From an uncultured Acidobacteriaceae bacterium (GTDB lineage: Bacteria; Acidobacteriota; Terriglobia; Terriglobales; Acidobacteriaceae): a stretch of DNA of 64,000 nt. Below the pieces are notes generated by a model. That model worked only from the letters and a program-made list of their open reading frames with translations, ran no database searches and had not been told where the DNA came from. Where the stretch lies: the NCBI GenBank assembly GCA_963731525.1, contig CAVSWK010000024.1, positions 72,164 to 136,163 of the forward strand, written 5' to 3'. Both the position numbers and the translations under genes were made by a program. This document shows positions 49,287-58,573 of this stretch, piece by piece. How positions within the stretch are numbered: position 1 is the stretch's first letter; each line of letters starts with the position of its first letter.

Positions 49287-49945
49287 ACCATTCTCCGCTC
49301 TGGCCCTGGGCTGCGTTGTTTCTTCTCGGGGCCTACCATGGCGTCAATCCGGGAATGGGCTGGCTTTTTGCTGTCGCACTTGGAATGCAGAAAAAGAGCG
49401 CCTCTGCGGTATGGCAATCCCTCGTGCCGATTGCCGCAGGACATTTTGTTGCGATCGGGCTGGTAGTGGCTGCGGCGGTCGTTGCCGGTGCAGTGGTGCC
49501 CTTGGGTTACGTCAAGATAGCCGCCGCTTGCGTTCTTCTTGCCTTTGGACTTCACCGGTTAATACGGAAAAGCCATCCACGTTGGGGCGGAATGCAAATC
49601 GGTTTTCGCGATTTGTGCATTTGGTCCTTCCTGATGGCTTCCGCTCACGGTGCCGGCTTCATGCTGCTGCCCATCTTGCTGAAAATGTCAGCGCTCCACG
49701 CGGCGGCTGACTCCGGCGATTCTGCTCACCATCTGCACGCGCTCGGTTTGGCCGGACCTTGGACCGCGTCAATCGCCTTGCTTGTCCATACGCTCGGATA
49801 TCTTCTCGTGACCGGGCTGATCGCCTTCGTCGTCTATAAGAGGCTGGGTCTCGACATTCTGCGAACAACCTGGGTCAATTTAGACCTGATCTGGGCCGTG
49901 GCGCTCATCGCCACCGCTGGCTTCACACTGCTGGTTCCCACGTAG
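49283..49945 (+). CDS. six-TM membrane protein, NicO/RcnA-like putative metal transporter
   Basis: GAYHGVNPGMGW resembles the G..HA..PGHGK NicO motif. His-rich loop SGDSAHHLH. The ATG overlaps the SBP56 stop (ATGA). Confidence 0.4.
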   Translation: MNHSPLWPWAALFLLGAYHGVNPGMGWLFAVALGMQKKSASAVWQSLVPIAAGHFVAIGLVVAAAVVAGAVVPLGYVKIAAACVLLAFGLHRLIRKSHPRWGGMQIGFRDLCIWSFLMASAHGAGFMLLPILLKMSALHAAADSGDSAHHLHALGLAGPWTASIALLVHTLGYLLVTGLIAFVVYKRLGLDILRTTWVNLDLIWAVALIATAGFTLLVPT

Positions 49946-50177
49946 GTTCTGATGTCCAAACGATGGATGCGTATTCCCCTTCGATTAAGCGATAGCGGTC
50001 ATCCGTCATAGCGCCGCGTAATATGCTCGATCTTGGGGTCGCCTGGCTGATCGCCGAGCTCAACGAGGAAGGCCAAGGCGGGCTAAATCTGTGCTTGATA
50101 ATGACGGAAGTTAGAATTTTCACCGGAATACGCGATTGATTCTAAAGGCTCTGCCTTTGTTTGCAACACCGGTGCAC

Positions 50178-50202
50178 GTTCGACTCACACACGCTTCCGC
50201 CA
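50178..50202 (+). repeat. direct repeat of tRNA-Sec 3' end (att-like, 25 nt)
   Basis: GTTCGACTCACACACGCTTCCGCCA is identical to 7488-7512. A degenerate CCGGTG match lies just upstream. Confidence 0.9.
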
Positions 50203-50271
50203 GTTTTCAATCAAGCGACCCACTCAGTTTTTTCGCAGCCTGCTCGAGCAATCCTCGACTAGGATATCCCT

Positions 50272-53200
50272 ATGAGCGTGCGCCGCGCCGCCGAGCAAGT
50301 CATTATGGACGCAGAAGAGCGCTTTGAAGGCTTCGGAAACCTGATGCCCTTCAAGGTGCACGACATCCTTCTTGTGTCTAGCCTCTACGATTCTTTCATT
50401 CTCCGCGAGGACGGCCGGCTCAACGAACTGCTGATCGACGAATCGCTCGAACTCAACCTCCGGCAGATCCCGGGAATTACGCACGTCTCCAGCTGCGCCG
50501 AGGCTCTTCATCTGGCAACTTCCAATCCGCAATTCAACCTGATTGTCACCAACCTCGCCGTCGGCGACATGGACGCCGCGCAGCTCGCACACGAGGTCCG
50601 CCGCGCCGGCCTCGATGTGCCCGTCGTGGTTCTGGCCTACGACTATCGCGAGATCAAGAATTTTGTAGCGCGGAACCCCGTCACCGAGATCGAACGCGTT
50701 TTTCTTTGGCAGGGCAATGCCCGCATCCTGATCGCGATCGTCAAGTACATCGAGGATAAACGCAACGTCCAGCACGACACGCACGCCATCGGCGTGCCGG
50801 TACTGCTGGTCGTGGAAGACAACATCCGTTACTACTCGTCGTTCCTGCCCGTGATCTATACCGAGCTGATCAAGCAATCGCGGCGCGTGATCCAGGAAGG
50901 CATCAACGTGGCGCACAAGCTGGTGCGCACGCAGGCGCGACCGAGAATTCTGCTGAGTTCGAACTTCGAAGACGCGGCCCGGCTGGTGCAGGAATATCGT
51001 GAGTATCTGTTCGGGCTGGTGGCGGACGTAGAGTTCCCCCGGGACGGCAAGCTGAGTCCGGAGGCGGGCTTTGACCTTGCGCGCATGGTGAAGAGCCTGG
51101 TGCCGGACGTGCCCGTAGTGTTGCAAACCAGCCGCACCGAATTCCGCGCGCGGGCGCATGCCGAGGGCTATTCGTTTCTGCGAAAGCGATCCCCCACTTT
51201 GCTGAAAGACCTGCGCCAGATATTGACCGAGCAGTTCGGGTTTGGCGACTTCGTGTTTCGTCTGCCGGATGCGAGCGAAGTCGGACGAGCGAAAGACATG
51301 AACGAACTGGAAGAGCAATTGCAAACTGTTCCGGCGGAAAGCATCGTCTTTCACTCGCAGAGCAATCACTTCTCCCACTGGCTGATGGCGCGCACTGAGT
51401 TTGCGTTGGCGGCCAAGCTCCGCCCGCGAAAAGTTTCGGATTTTGCCAGCCCCGAACATCTGCGCCGCGATCTGATCGAATCGATCAACCAATACCGCTG
51501 CGAACAGAACGAAGTCCTGATCGGCGACTTCAAAGCGGATACGTTCAAGCCTTCGGAATCAAGTTTTCTACGGATCGGCTCGGGGTCGCTGGGCGGAAAA
51601 GCTCGCGGCCTCGCCTTTGTGCGCCACCTTTTACGCAAGAACCGCATCACCCGCCGCTTTCCCGGCGTTCGCATCTCGGTGCCTCCAGCCGTTGTGCTGG
51701 CGACGGATGTGTTCGATCAATTTGTGGCCGAGAATAACCTCCTGGATTTTGCCTTGCAATGCGAAGATGACGCTGAAATCCAGCGGACGTTCCTGGCCGC
51801 ACCGCTATCCCCCTCCCTCAACGAAGACCTGAAATCGTTCCTGGCGGAGGTGAACCATCCGTTGGCGGTGCGCTCGTCCAGCCTGCTGGAGGATTCGCAA
51901 TACCAGCCTTTCACCGGAGTGTATGAGACGTTCATGCTGGGCAACCAGCAAGCAGATCCAGCGGACCGGCTGACGGCACTAAGTGAAGCCATCCGGCGCG
52001 TCTATGCCTCCACCTTCAGCCGCCATGCGAAGGCCTATGTGCGAGCTACGCCCTACCGTTTGGAAGAGGAAAAAATGGCGGTGATTCTCCAGCAGGTTGT
52101 GGGCACGCCCCACAGGCAGCGCTTTTATCCGGATTTCTCCGGAGTGGTACGCTCGCGCAATTTTTATCCCGTCCCTCCGATGACCTTCGAGGACGGTATC
52201 GCGGCCATCGCTCTCGGCCTGGGCCGGGCCGTGGTGGATGGCGGGAAGTGCTTGACTTTCTGCCCGCGTTATCCCCGCAACCTGGTGCAGTTTTCCTCGG
52301 TCGAAGACATACTGGCCAACTCGCAGTCGGAATTCTGGGCTTTGGAGCTGGATGGCGCTTCGGACGGCCGTCCGGGGCATTGGCACGAGCGGCGCTTCAG
52401 CCTGGATGCTGCCGAGAGCGATGGCACACTGCGGGCGCTGGCCTCAACCTACTCCCGGGACAATCACGCGGTCTATGATGGCGTGAGCCGGGCGGGCACA
52501 CGCATCGTGACCTTTGCCCCCATGCTCAAGCATGGCACTTTCCCACTGGCTGAGATTCTCGATGACCTGGTCCGGGCAGGCGAGGATGCGCTGGGTAATC
52601 CGGTGGAGATCGAATTTGCGGTGCGTTTGCCCCAGCAAGCTGGGTCATCATCTGGACCAGCGACTGGCCCTATGTCCGGCCCAGCGGCGGAGTTTGGCTT
52701 CCTGCAGATCCGGCCACTGACGCTGGCGCGCGACACCGAGGACTTAGCCCTTGACGATGTGCAACCCGAGCAGTTGATCTGCCGGAGCGGTAAAGTTCTG
52801 GGCAACGGTCGCATCGAGAATCTTTACGATGTGATCGTGGTCGATTCGCAGCGCTTCGAGCGCAGTCGCAGCCAGGAAGTGGCCAAATCGGTCGCTCAGT
52901 TGAATCGCCTGCTCCAGGGGAAGAACCGCCCCTATCTGCTGATCGGGGTTGGGCGCTGGGGATCGACCGAACCTTGGCTGGGCATTCCGGTCGAATGGGA
53001 TGAAATCTCCGGCGCGCGTGCGATTGTTGAGGCCGGATTTCGCGATTTTCGCGTCACCCCCTCGCAGGGCAGCCATTTCTTCCAGAATCTCACTGCCTTT
53101 CAGATCGGTTACTTCACCGTGAATCCAGATGTCGGCGAAGGCTCAATCGATTGGCAGTGGTTAGCGCAACAACCGGCCGAGGAAGAGCAAGGCTGTGTCC

Positions 53201-53316
53201 GCCACTTGCAGTTTGCGGAACCGATTCGCGTCGTGATGAACAGCCGCACCAGTCAAGGCGTAATCTTCAAGCCCGAAGTGCGGCCGAGCGAAGTCACCAG
53301 AAGCTCTGAGCTCTAG
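50272..53316 (+). CDS. receiver-like domains fused to a PEP/pyruvate-binding (PPDK_N-type) PEP-utilising enzyme
   Basis: GSLGGKARGLAFV and PLAVRSSSLLEDSQ motifs. N-terminal CheY-like folds (HDILLVSSLYD). Confidence 0.8.
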   Translation: MSVRRAAEQVIMDAEERFEGFGNLMPFKVHDILLVSSLYDSFILREDGRLNELLIDESLELNLRQIPGITHVSSCAEALHLATSNPQFNLIVTNLAVGDMDAAQLAHEVRRAGLDVPVVVLAYDYREIKNFVARNPVTEIERVFLWQGNARILIAIVKYIEDKRNVQHDTHAIGVPVLLVVEDNIRYYSSFLPVIYTELIKQSRRVIQEGINVAHKLVRTQARPRILLSSNFEDAARLVQEYREYLFGLVADVEFPRDGKLSPEAGFDLARMVKSLVPDVPVVLQTSRTEFRARAHAEGYSFLRKRSPTLLKDLRQILTEQFGFGDFVFRLPDASEVGRAKDMNELEEQLQTVPAESIVFHSQSNHFSHWLMARTEFALAAKLRPRKVSDFASPEHLRRDLIESINQYRCEQNEVLIGDFKADTFKPSESSFLRIGSGSLGGKARGLAFVRHLLRKNRITRRFPGVRISVPPAVVLATDVFDQFVAENNLLDFALQCEDDAEIQRTFLAAPLSPSLNEDLKSFLAEVNHPLAVRSSSLLEDSQYQPFTGVYETFMLGNQQADPADRLTALSEAIRRVYASTFSRHAKAYVRATPYRLEEEKMAVILQQVVGTPHRQRFYPDFSGVVRSRNFYPVPPMTFEDGIAAIALGLGRAVVDGGKCLTFCPRYPRNLVQFSSVEDILANSQSEFWALELDGASDGRPGHWHERRFSLDAAESDGTLRALASTYSRDNHAVYDGVSRAGTRIVTFAPMLKHGTFPLAEILDDLVRAGEDALGNPVEIEFAVRLPQQAGSSSGPATGPMSGPAAEFGFLQIRPLTLARDTEDLALDDVQPEQLICRSGKVLGNGRIENLYDVIVVDSQRFERSRSQEVAKSVAQLNRLLQGKNRPYLLIGVGRWGSTEPWLGIPVEWDEISGARAIVEAGFRDFRVTPSQGSHFFQNLTAFQIGYFTVNPDVGEGSIDWQWLAQQPAEEEQGCVRHLQFAEPIRVVMNSRTSQGVIFKPEVRPSEVTRSSEL

Positions 53317-53516
53317 CCGTCAGTTCTCAGTCAAACCGAATCACATAGGGACGGAGGCATTCGTCCGTCCAGTCGGGGCGAACCGGAGCCCGACAAGCCC
53401 GGCGTTGGAACCTAGCTGACAACTTCCTCTGGTGGAAAATTCGTTGTGTCCGGAACGGAGGAGGGTTACGATTTCCCATCGGAAAATTCCAGATAGAAAC
53501 TCAATTTGGAGGCGAA

Positions 53517-53870
53517 ATGAAACGCCTATTCGCAGGACTGCGCGCTTTGGCGCTCCTTTCTTTGATCTCATATCTAACCCCAGTTCAGGCACTAACATCG
53601 GCAATCGCGAGCAGTGCGGCAGGGCGGTTCGGCTATGATGTCTCCGAGGAAGTCACACTGAATGGCACGGTCTCGGCTGGACACCGGATTGAGTTAACGG
53701 GTGCGATGACGAGTATTGCGATGACGAGTATTAAGGATAAACAGGTATTCCTGGTGCGCACGGCAAGAGTGGGTGGCGAGGTCAATGCCATCCGGAACGA
53801 GCACGGGTTCCCGCTGCCGCCGCAGGCAAGTCCGCGGACGAGCCAGAAGACGGCAGGGACGTCATTATGA
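53517..53870 (+). CDS. hypothetical secreted protein
   Basis: Signal peptide, RBS GGAGGCG. The stop overlaps the next gene's start (ATGA). Contains a 15-nt in-frame tandem duplication (AMTSI AMTSI). Confidence 0.5.
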   Translation: MKRLFAGLRALALLSLISYLTPVQALTSAIASSAAGRFGYDVSEEVTLNGTVSAGHRIELTGAMTSIAMTSIKDKQVFLVRTARVGGEVNAIRNEHGFPLPPQASPRTSQKTAGTSL

Positions 53871-56800
53871 ACCGCAGGGTTTACGCGAGCATTCTCGGCT
53901 TAATTTTCCTGATGTTAAGTTTCTTGATGGGCTGTGGTAGTGGGTCGAGTTCGACAACTCCGGTGGAATCGATCGCAGCGACTAGCGGAACACCGCAAAC
54001 CGCGACGGTAGGCACGGCGTTTGCGCCGCTGATAGCGACGGTGACGCAGAGCGGATCGCCGGTTCCATCGCCGGTGAGCGGCGTGACGGTCACGTTCACG
54101 GCTCCGGCGACGGGAGCGAGCGGCACTTTCGCGAATGCAACGAATACGACAACGGCAACGACGGACGCGAACGGCAACGCCTCCGCGACGTTCACAGCGA
54201 ATGGGACGGAGGGCGGACCTTACACGGTGACGGCTGCGGCTACAGGCGTGTCGACAACCGCCAGTTTCAGCCTGACGAACGCGGCGGGAGCGCCGACCGA
54301 AATCGCGGATTTGAGCGGAGGCGGGCAAAGCGCAGCTGTCGGCACGGCGTTTCCAAATCCGCTGGCGGGGACCGTGGTGGACAGTCACGGCAACCCGGTG
54401 AGCGGCGTGGTGGTGACGTTCGCGGCTCCGGGATCGGGCGCGAGCGGCACATTCGCGGGTACACCACCGTCAGCAACAGCAGCGGTGACCACCGGCTCGA
54501 ACGGAGTGGCCACCTCGCCCACGTTCACAGCGAACGCGACAGTCGGCGGTCCTTATAGTGTGACCGCCGCGCTTCCAGGGTTGCCGCCGTCGGCCGCCTT
54601 CAGCCTGACGAACACAGCGTCGGTAGTCGAAATGGTCATGGCGACGGGCGGAACACCGCAAAGCGCGCCGGACGATACAGCGTTTGCAACGCCGCTGACG
54701 GCCACTGTGACGGCGGGCGGATCGCCGGTGAGCGGGGTGACGGTCACGTTCACGGCGCCGAACTTCGGGTGCGAGCAGTACTTTTGCGAATGGAACGAAT
54801 ACGACAATGGCAGTGACCAATGGGAGTGGCATGGCCACTTCTACTACGTTCTCCGCAAATGGGACATTGGGAACTTACACGGTGATGGCTACGGTCCCAG
54901 GAGGGTCGGGGCCGGCCAACTTCAGTCTGACCAACATCGTGGGCGCGCCGGCATCGATCACGGCGACGAGCGGTACGCCGCAAAGCGCGACGATCGACAC
55001 GGCATTTGCTGCTCCCCTGGTGGCGACGGTGCTGGACAAGGGCTCGAACCCGGTAAGCGGAGTATCGGTGACCTTCACGGCGCCAACTACGGGCGCGAGC
55101 GGCACTTTTGCGAATGGAACGAATACGACAATGGTCACGACCAACGCCAGCGGCGTTGCCACTTCGACTACGTTCTCCGCGAATGGAACTGTCGGCGGAC
55201 CTTATACCGTGACGGCTACGGTTGCTGGAGTGTCAACACCGGCTAACTTCAGTCTGACGAACCTGGTGGGCGCGCCGGCATCGATCACGGCGACGAGCGG
55301 TACGCCGCAAAGCGCGACGATCGACACGGCATTTGCTGCTCCCCTGGTGGCGACGGTGCTGGACAAGGGCTCGAACCCGGTGAGCGGAGTATCGGTGACC
55401 TTCACGGCTCCAACTACGGGCGCGAGCGGCACTTTTGCGAATGGAACGAATACGACAACGGCAACGACCAACGCCAGCGGCGTTGCCACTTCCACTACGT
55501 TCTCCGCAAATGGGACGGCTGGGGCCTATACGGTCACGGCTACGGTTGCAGGAGTAACGGCACCGGCCGACTTCAGTCTGACAAACACAGCGGGAGCGGC
55601 GGCATCGATCACGGCGACGAGCGGAACGCCGCAAAGCGCAGCGATCAATACGGCGTTTGCTGCGCCTCTCGTGGCGACAGTTCTGGACAAGGGCTCGAAC
55701 CCGGTGAGCGGCGTGACGGTGACGTTCACGGCTCCGACTACGGGTGCGAGCGGCACCTTTGCGAATGGAACGAATACGACAACGGCTACGACCAACGCGA
55801 GCGGCACGGCCACTTCGAGTACGTTCTCCGCGAATGGAACCGTCGGCGGACCTTACACGGTCACAGCAACGGTTGCTGGAGTGTCGACACCGGCCGACTT
55901 CAGTCTGACAAACACGGCGGTGGCATCGAGCAACTATTCGTTCTATGTAAGCGGACTGGAAGAACTGAATGACGGCCCGAATTTTTACGCCCTCGCAGGA
56001 TCGGTGACCATCGATTCGAATGGCCACGTCCTTGGCGGCGAGCAAGACTATAACGACGGTTTCGGACTCCTGTCACACCAGCCTGGCGGCGACACAATCA
56101 CGGGCGGAACTCTGAAAGTGAATGCTAACACCGGCCAGGGAACACTTACCCTGATCACAAACAACATGAGTTTGGGCGTGAACGGGACCGAAATCCTCGG
56201 TGTTCAGTTTGTGAACACCAAGCACGCGCTCGTCGTTCAGTTTGATGGGACGGCAACATCCAGCGGAAGCATGGACGCGCAGACCCTGTCGAGCACGCTC
56301 AACGACGGGAACTACGCCTTCACTTTTTCCGGAGTGGATACCCTCTATTTCCCCATCGTTTTCGGAGGCGTCTTCTCGATCAGCACCAATGGCACCAAGT
56401 TGGCGGGTTTTTACGACGTGGATGATCCTAATTATGCGCCGCCTGTGGCTCTTAACCAAGCTTTTAACGGAACCATTTCAACGGCCGATCCCTTTGGGCG
56501 AGGGACTATCACTGGCGCCGTTCTAGGAGATATAGATATCTCCCTCGTGTATTACATCGTTGGCCCGGAAGTCATACGGATCATTGATGTGGATAGCCTT
56601 ATGGGGATGAATACTGGCGATGCGGGCATTGGCTCGGCATTCGGCCAGGGCACTGGCACCTTCAGCAACACATCGCTCGGAGCGTCGGTGTTTGGTGTCG
56701 AAAGCAACTCGGATGGGAACCTCTTTGCCGCGGCCGGCATGTTGACGACGGTTCCCGCTGGCGGCACATTCCAGGGCGTTGGGGATGACGATGAAATCTA

Positions 56801-57521
56801 CAATACGGTTAGTGCTAGCGGCTCCTCTATCTCGGGCACCTATTCCATTGCGGCCAATGGATACGGCAACCTGACGATCACGAACGCGGGCTTGGGCGAC
56901 GTGACCGACCTTGGCATTTATATGACGGACCCAACTCTCAACCTGAATGATCCGAATAACAAGACCAGCGGATTAGGGGGCGCTCTTATTGCCGACCTGG
57001 ATGATGTGAATAATCTCAGCGGCACGGGGCTCAACGGCACAGGAGTGCTGATTCCACAACAGCAGCCAATTGAGGAGTCCAGCTTTACAGGCAACTATGC
57101 CTTTGGAGCGCAGGATTACTACTACCTGCTCAATTTGAACAGTCCCGGTTGGGAATTCGATTTTGTCGGGCAAGGATCGGTCACGAACCTGGTTTTGAAC
57201 GGAACCGGCTTGGTCAGTGATCCGTTCGCTGCCTTCAGCGCCAACTTGGCGGACAACGGGGTCGTTTTCTCGGGGACTGTGACTCCTGACGCGAATAACG
57301 CTGGGCGCTATACAATTCCGCTGGCGATCACGATTGGTACTGACTCACCGGTTGCTTTCTCGGTAGTCATCTATCAGGCAAGCGGGGGACAATTGTTCTG
57401 GTTGGACGACGATGGTGCTAATAGTGTTTTCCTTGGAGTGCTGGAGCAGCAGGGGCCGCTGACCGGAATACCCGCGGTAACAAGAGGCTCGGCGAAATCC
57501 AGGCTGAAACATCCGCAATAG
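53867..57521 (+). pseudogene. large surface protein with about 6 Big_1-type Ig-like repeats plus a ~540-aa C-terminal domain; +1 frame break at ~54761
   Basis: Lipoprotein-like signal FLMGCGSG. Repeat period of 324-327 nt from ~53960 to ~55915. An extra base in CCGAACT (54758-54764) relative to sister repeats splits the gene into ORFs 53867-55246 and 54807-57521. Confidence 0.75.
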
Positions 57522-57615
57522 CAAAATAAACAGGCTTCGCCCGGACATGAACCAATCCTAGGCAGCCCGGGTTCGACAAGTTCATGCTCCGGAGGTCCCG
57601 CACCGGAATGCGAGT

Positions 57616-58573
57616 TTAGTGCGCGCCTAAGTCTGCGTAGCGCTTGAAGCTCGAGAGCGCGACCTGGTCATTGCCGGGAATGTAGAAACCAAATTTCCCG
57701 GCTGAGAGGTTTGCTCCACTCCACTTGTCCAAAGCCACCCAACTGTCTCCGCTTTTCGCCTGATGAACAATTTCCGTGGGCGACACGTGAATCTGGATCG
57801 TGTGGAAACTCTTCTTCTCGCTCTTGTACGGGATTTTGGCTTCGTCCGTCTTCTGACCATTGCGGAAGACAGTCCGGTAGAAGTTGTTCTCGTCTATCTG
57901 GAACAAGACGTAGTTCTGGGCGTCAATATAGTTCACCACCCATTGCAGGCGGTGGCCTTTTTGCAGCATGGCGGAAAAAACAAATGTCCCCGCAGTGGGC
58001 GACACACCGTACAGCACGAAATCTCCACCCTTGCGGACGAAGGCTCCCTTGTCCTGCTTCCATCCGGACGGGTCGTCCCACAACGACATTCCGCTTGGCC
58101 CCAAAGGCAGGTCGAGAACCTTGGACTGTCCCGCCACAACTTCAACCGTGGAGGTGCGAGTCAGATTGTCCGCCGTGCGCGTGCTCAACGTGTATGTTCC
58201 CGGAGTCAGGTTGAGTGCGCTGCCGGAGGTCACTTTAATCGGAGCCGTTCCTGCCCTGGTCAGATTTACCGTGGCATCCGCGGGCGTGAACGTGATCTTT
58301 ACCTCGCCAGTGGCTGCTTCCAGCGCTGTTTCCGCCGTCGTAAGTGTTACATTCGCTCCCGCTACAAACCGTCTTTTGAATCCGCTTGGGTTTGAAGCCA
58401 TCCCTGTGTAGTTCGACCACGTGGTCGCCGGGAGTGATGTTGGCGGCGGTGAAACTTCCATCCGATTGCACGGTTCCCGCCGGCACCTGGTCAATCAGCA
58501 CCTGTGCCCCAGGGAGTGCGCCCTGGATGGAGAGCGACGCCAGATGCGGAATCGGCTTCAAATTGAACGTCAA
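57616..58573 (-). pseudogene. frameshifted continuation of the Ser/Thr kinase ectodomain (PEGA-like plus lectin/DUF1080-like)
   Basis: ORFs 58235-58573 and 57616-58494 continue the PEGA-like repeats (LSIQGALPGAQVLIDQVPAG...) in the two other frames. Confidence 0.55.

Noticed and set aside
50224-51492. 422-aa minus-strand ORF
   Set aside because: It is antisense to the receiver/PEP-utilising enzyme gene.
53960-55915. Regularly spaced ~325-nt DNA repeats that could suggest a repeat array or CRISPR-like structure
   Set aside because: The period is far too long for CRISPR, there are no unique spacers, and the repeats translate into Big_1 Ig-like domains within one gene.
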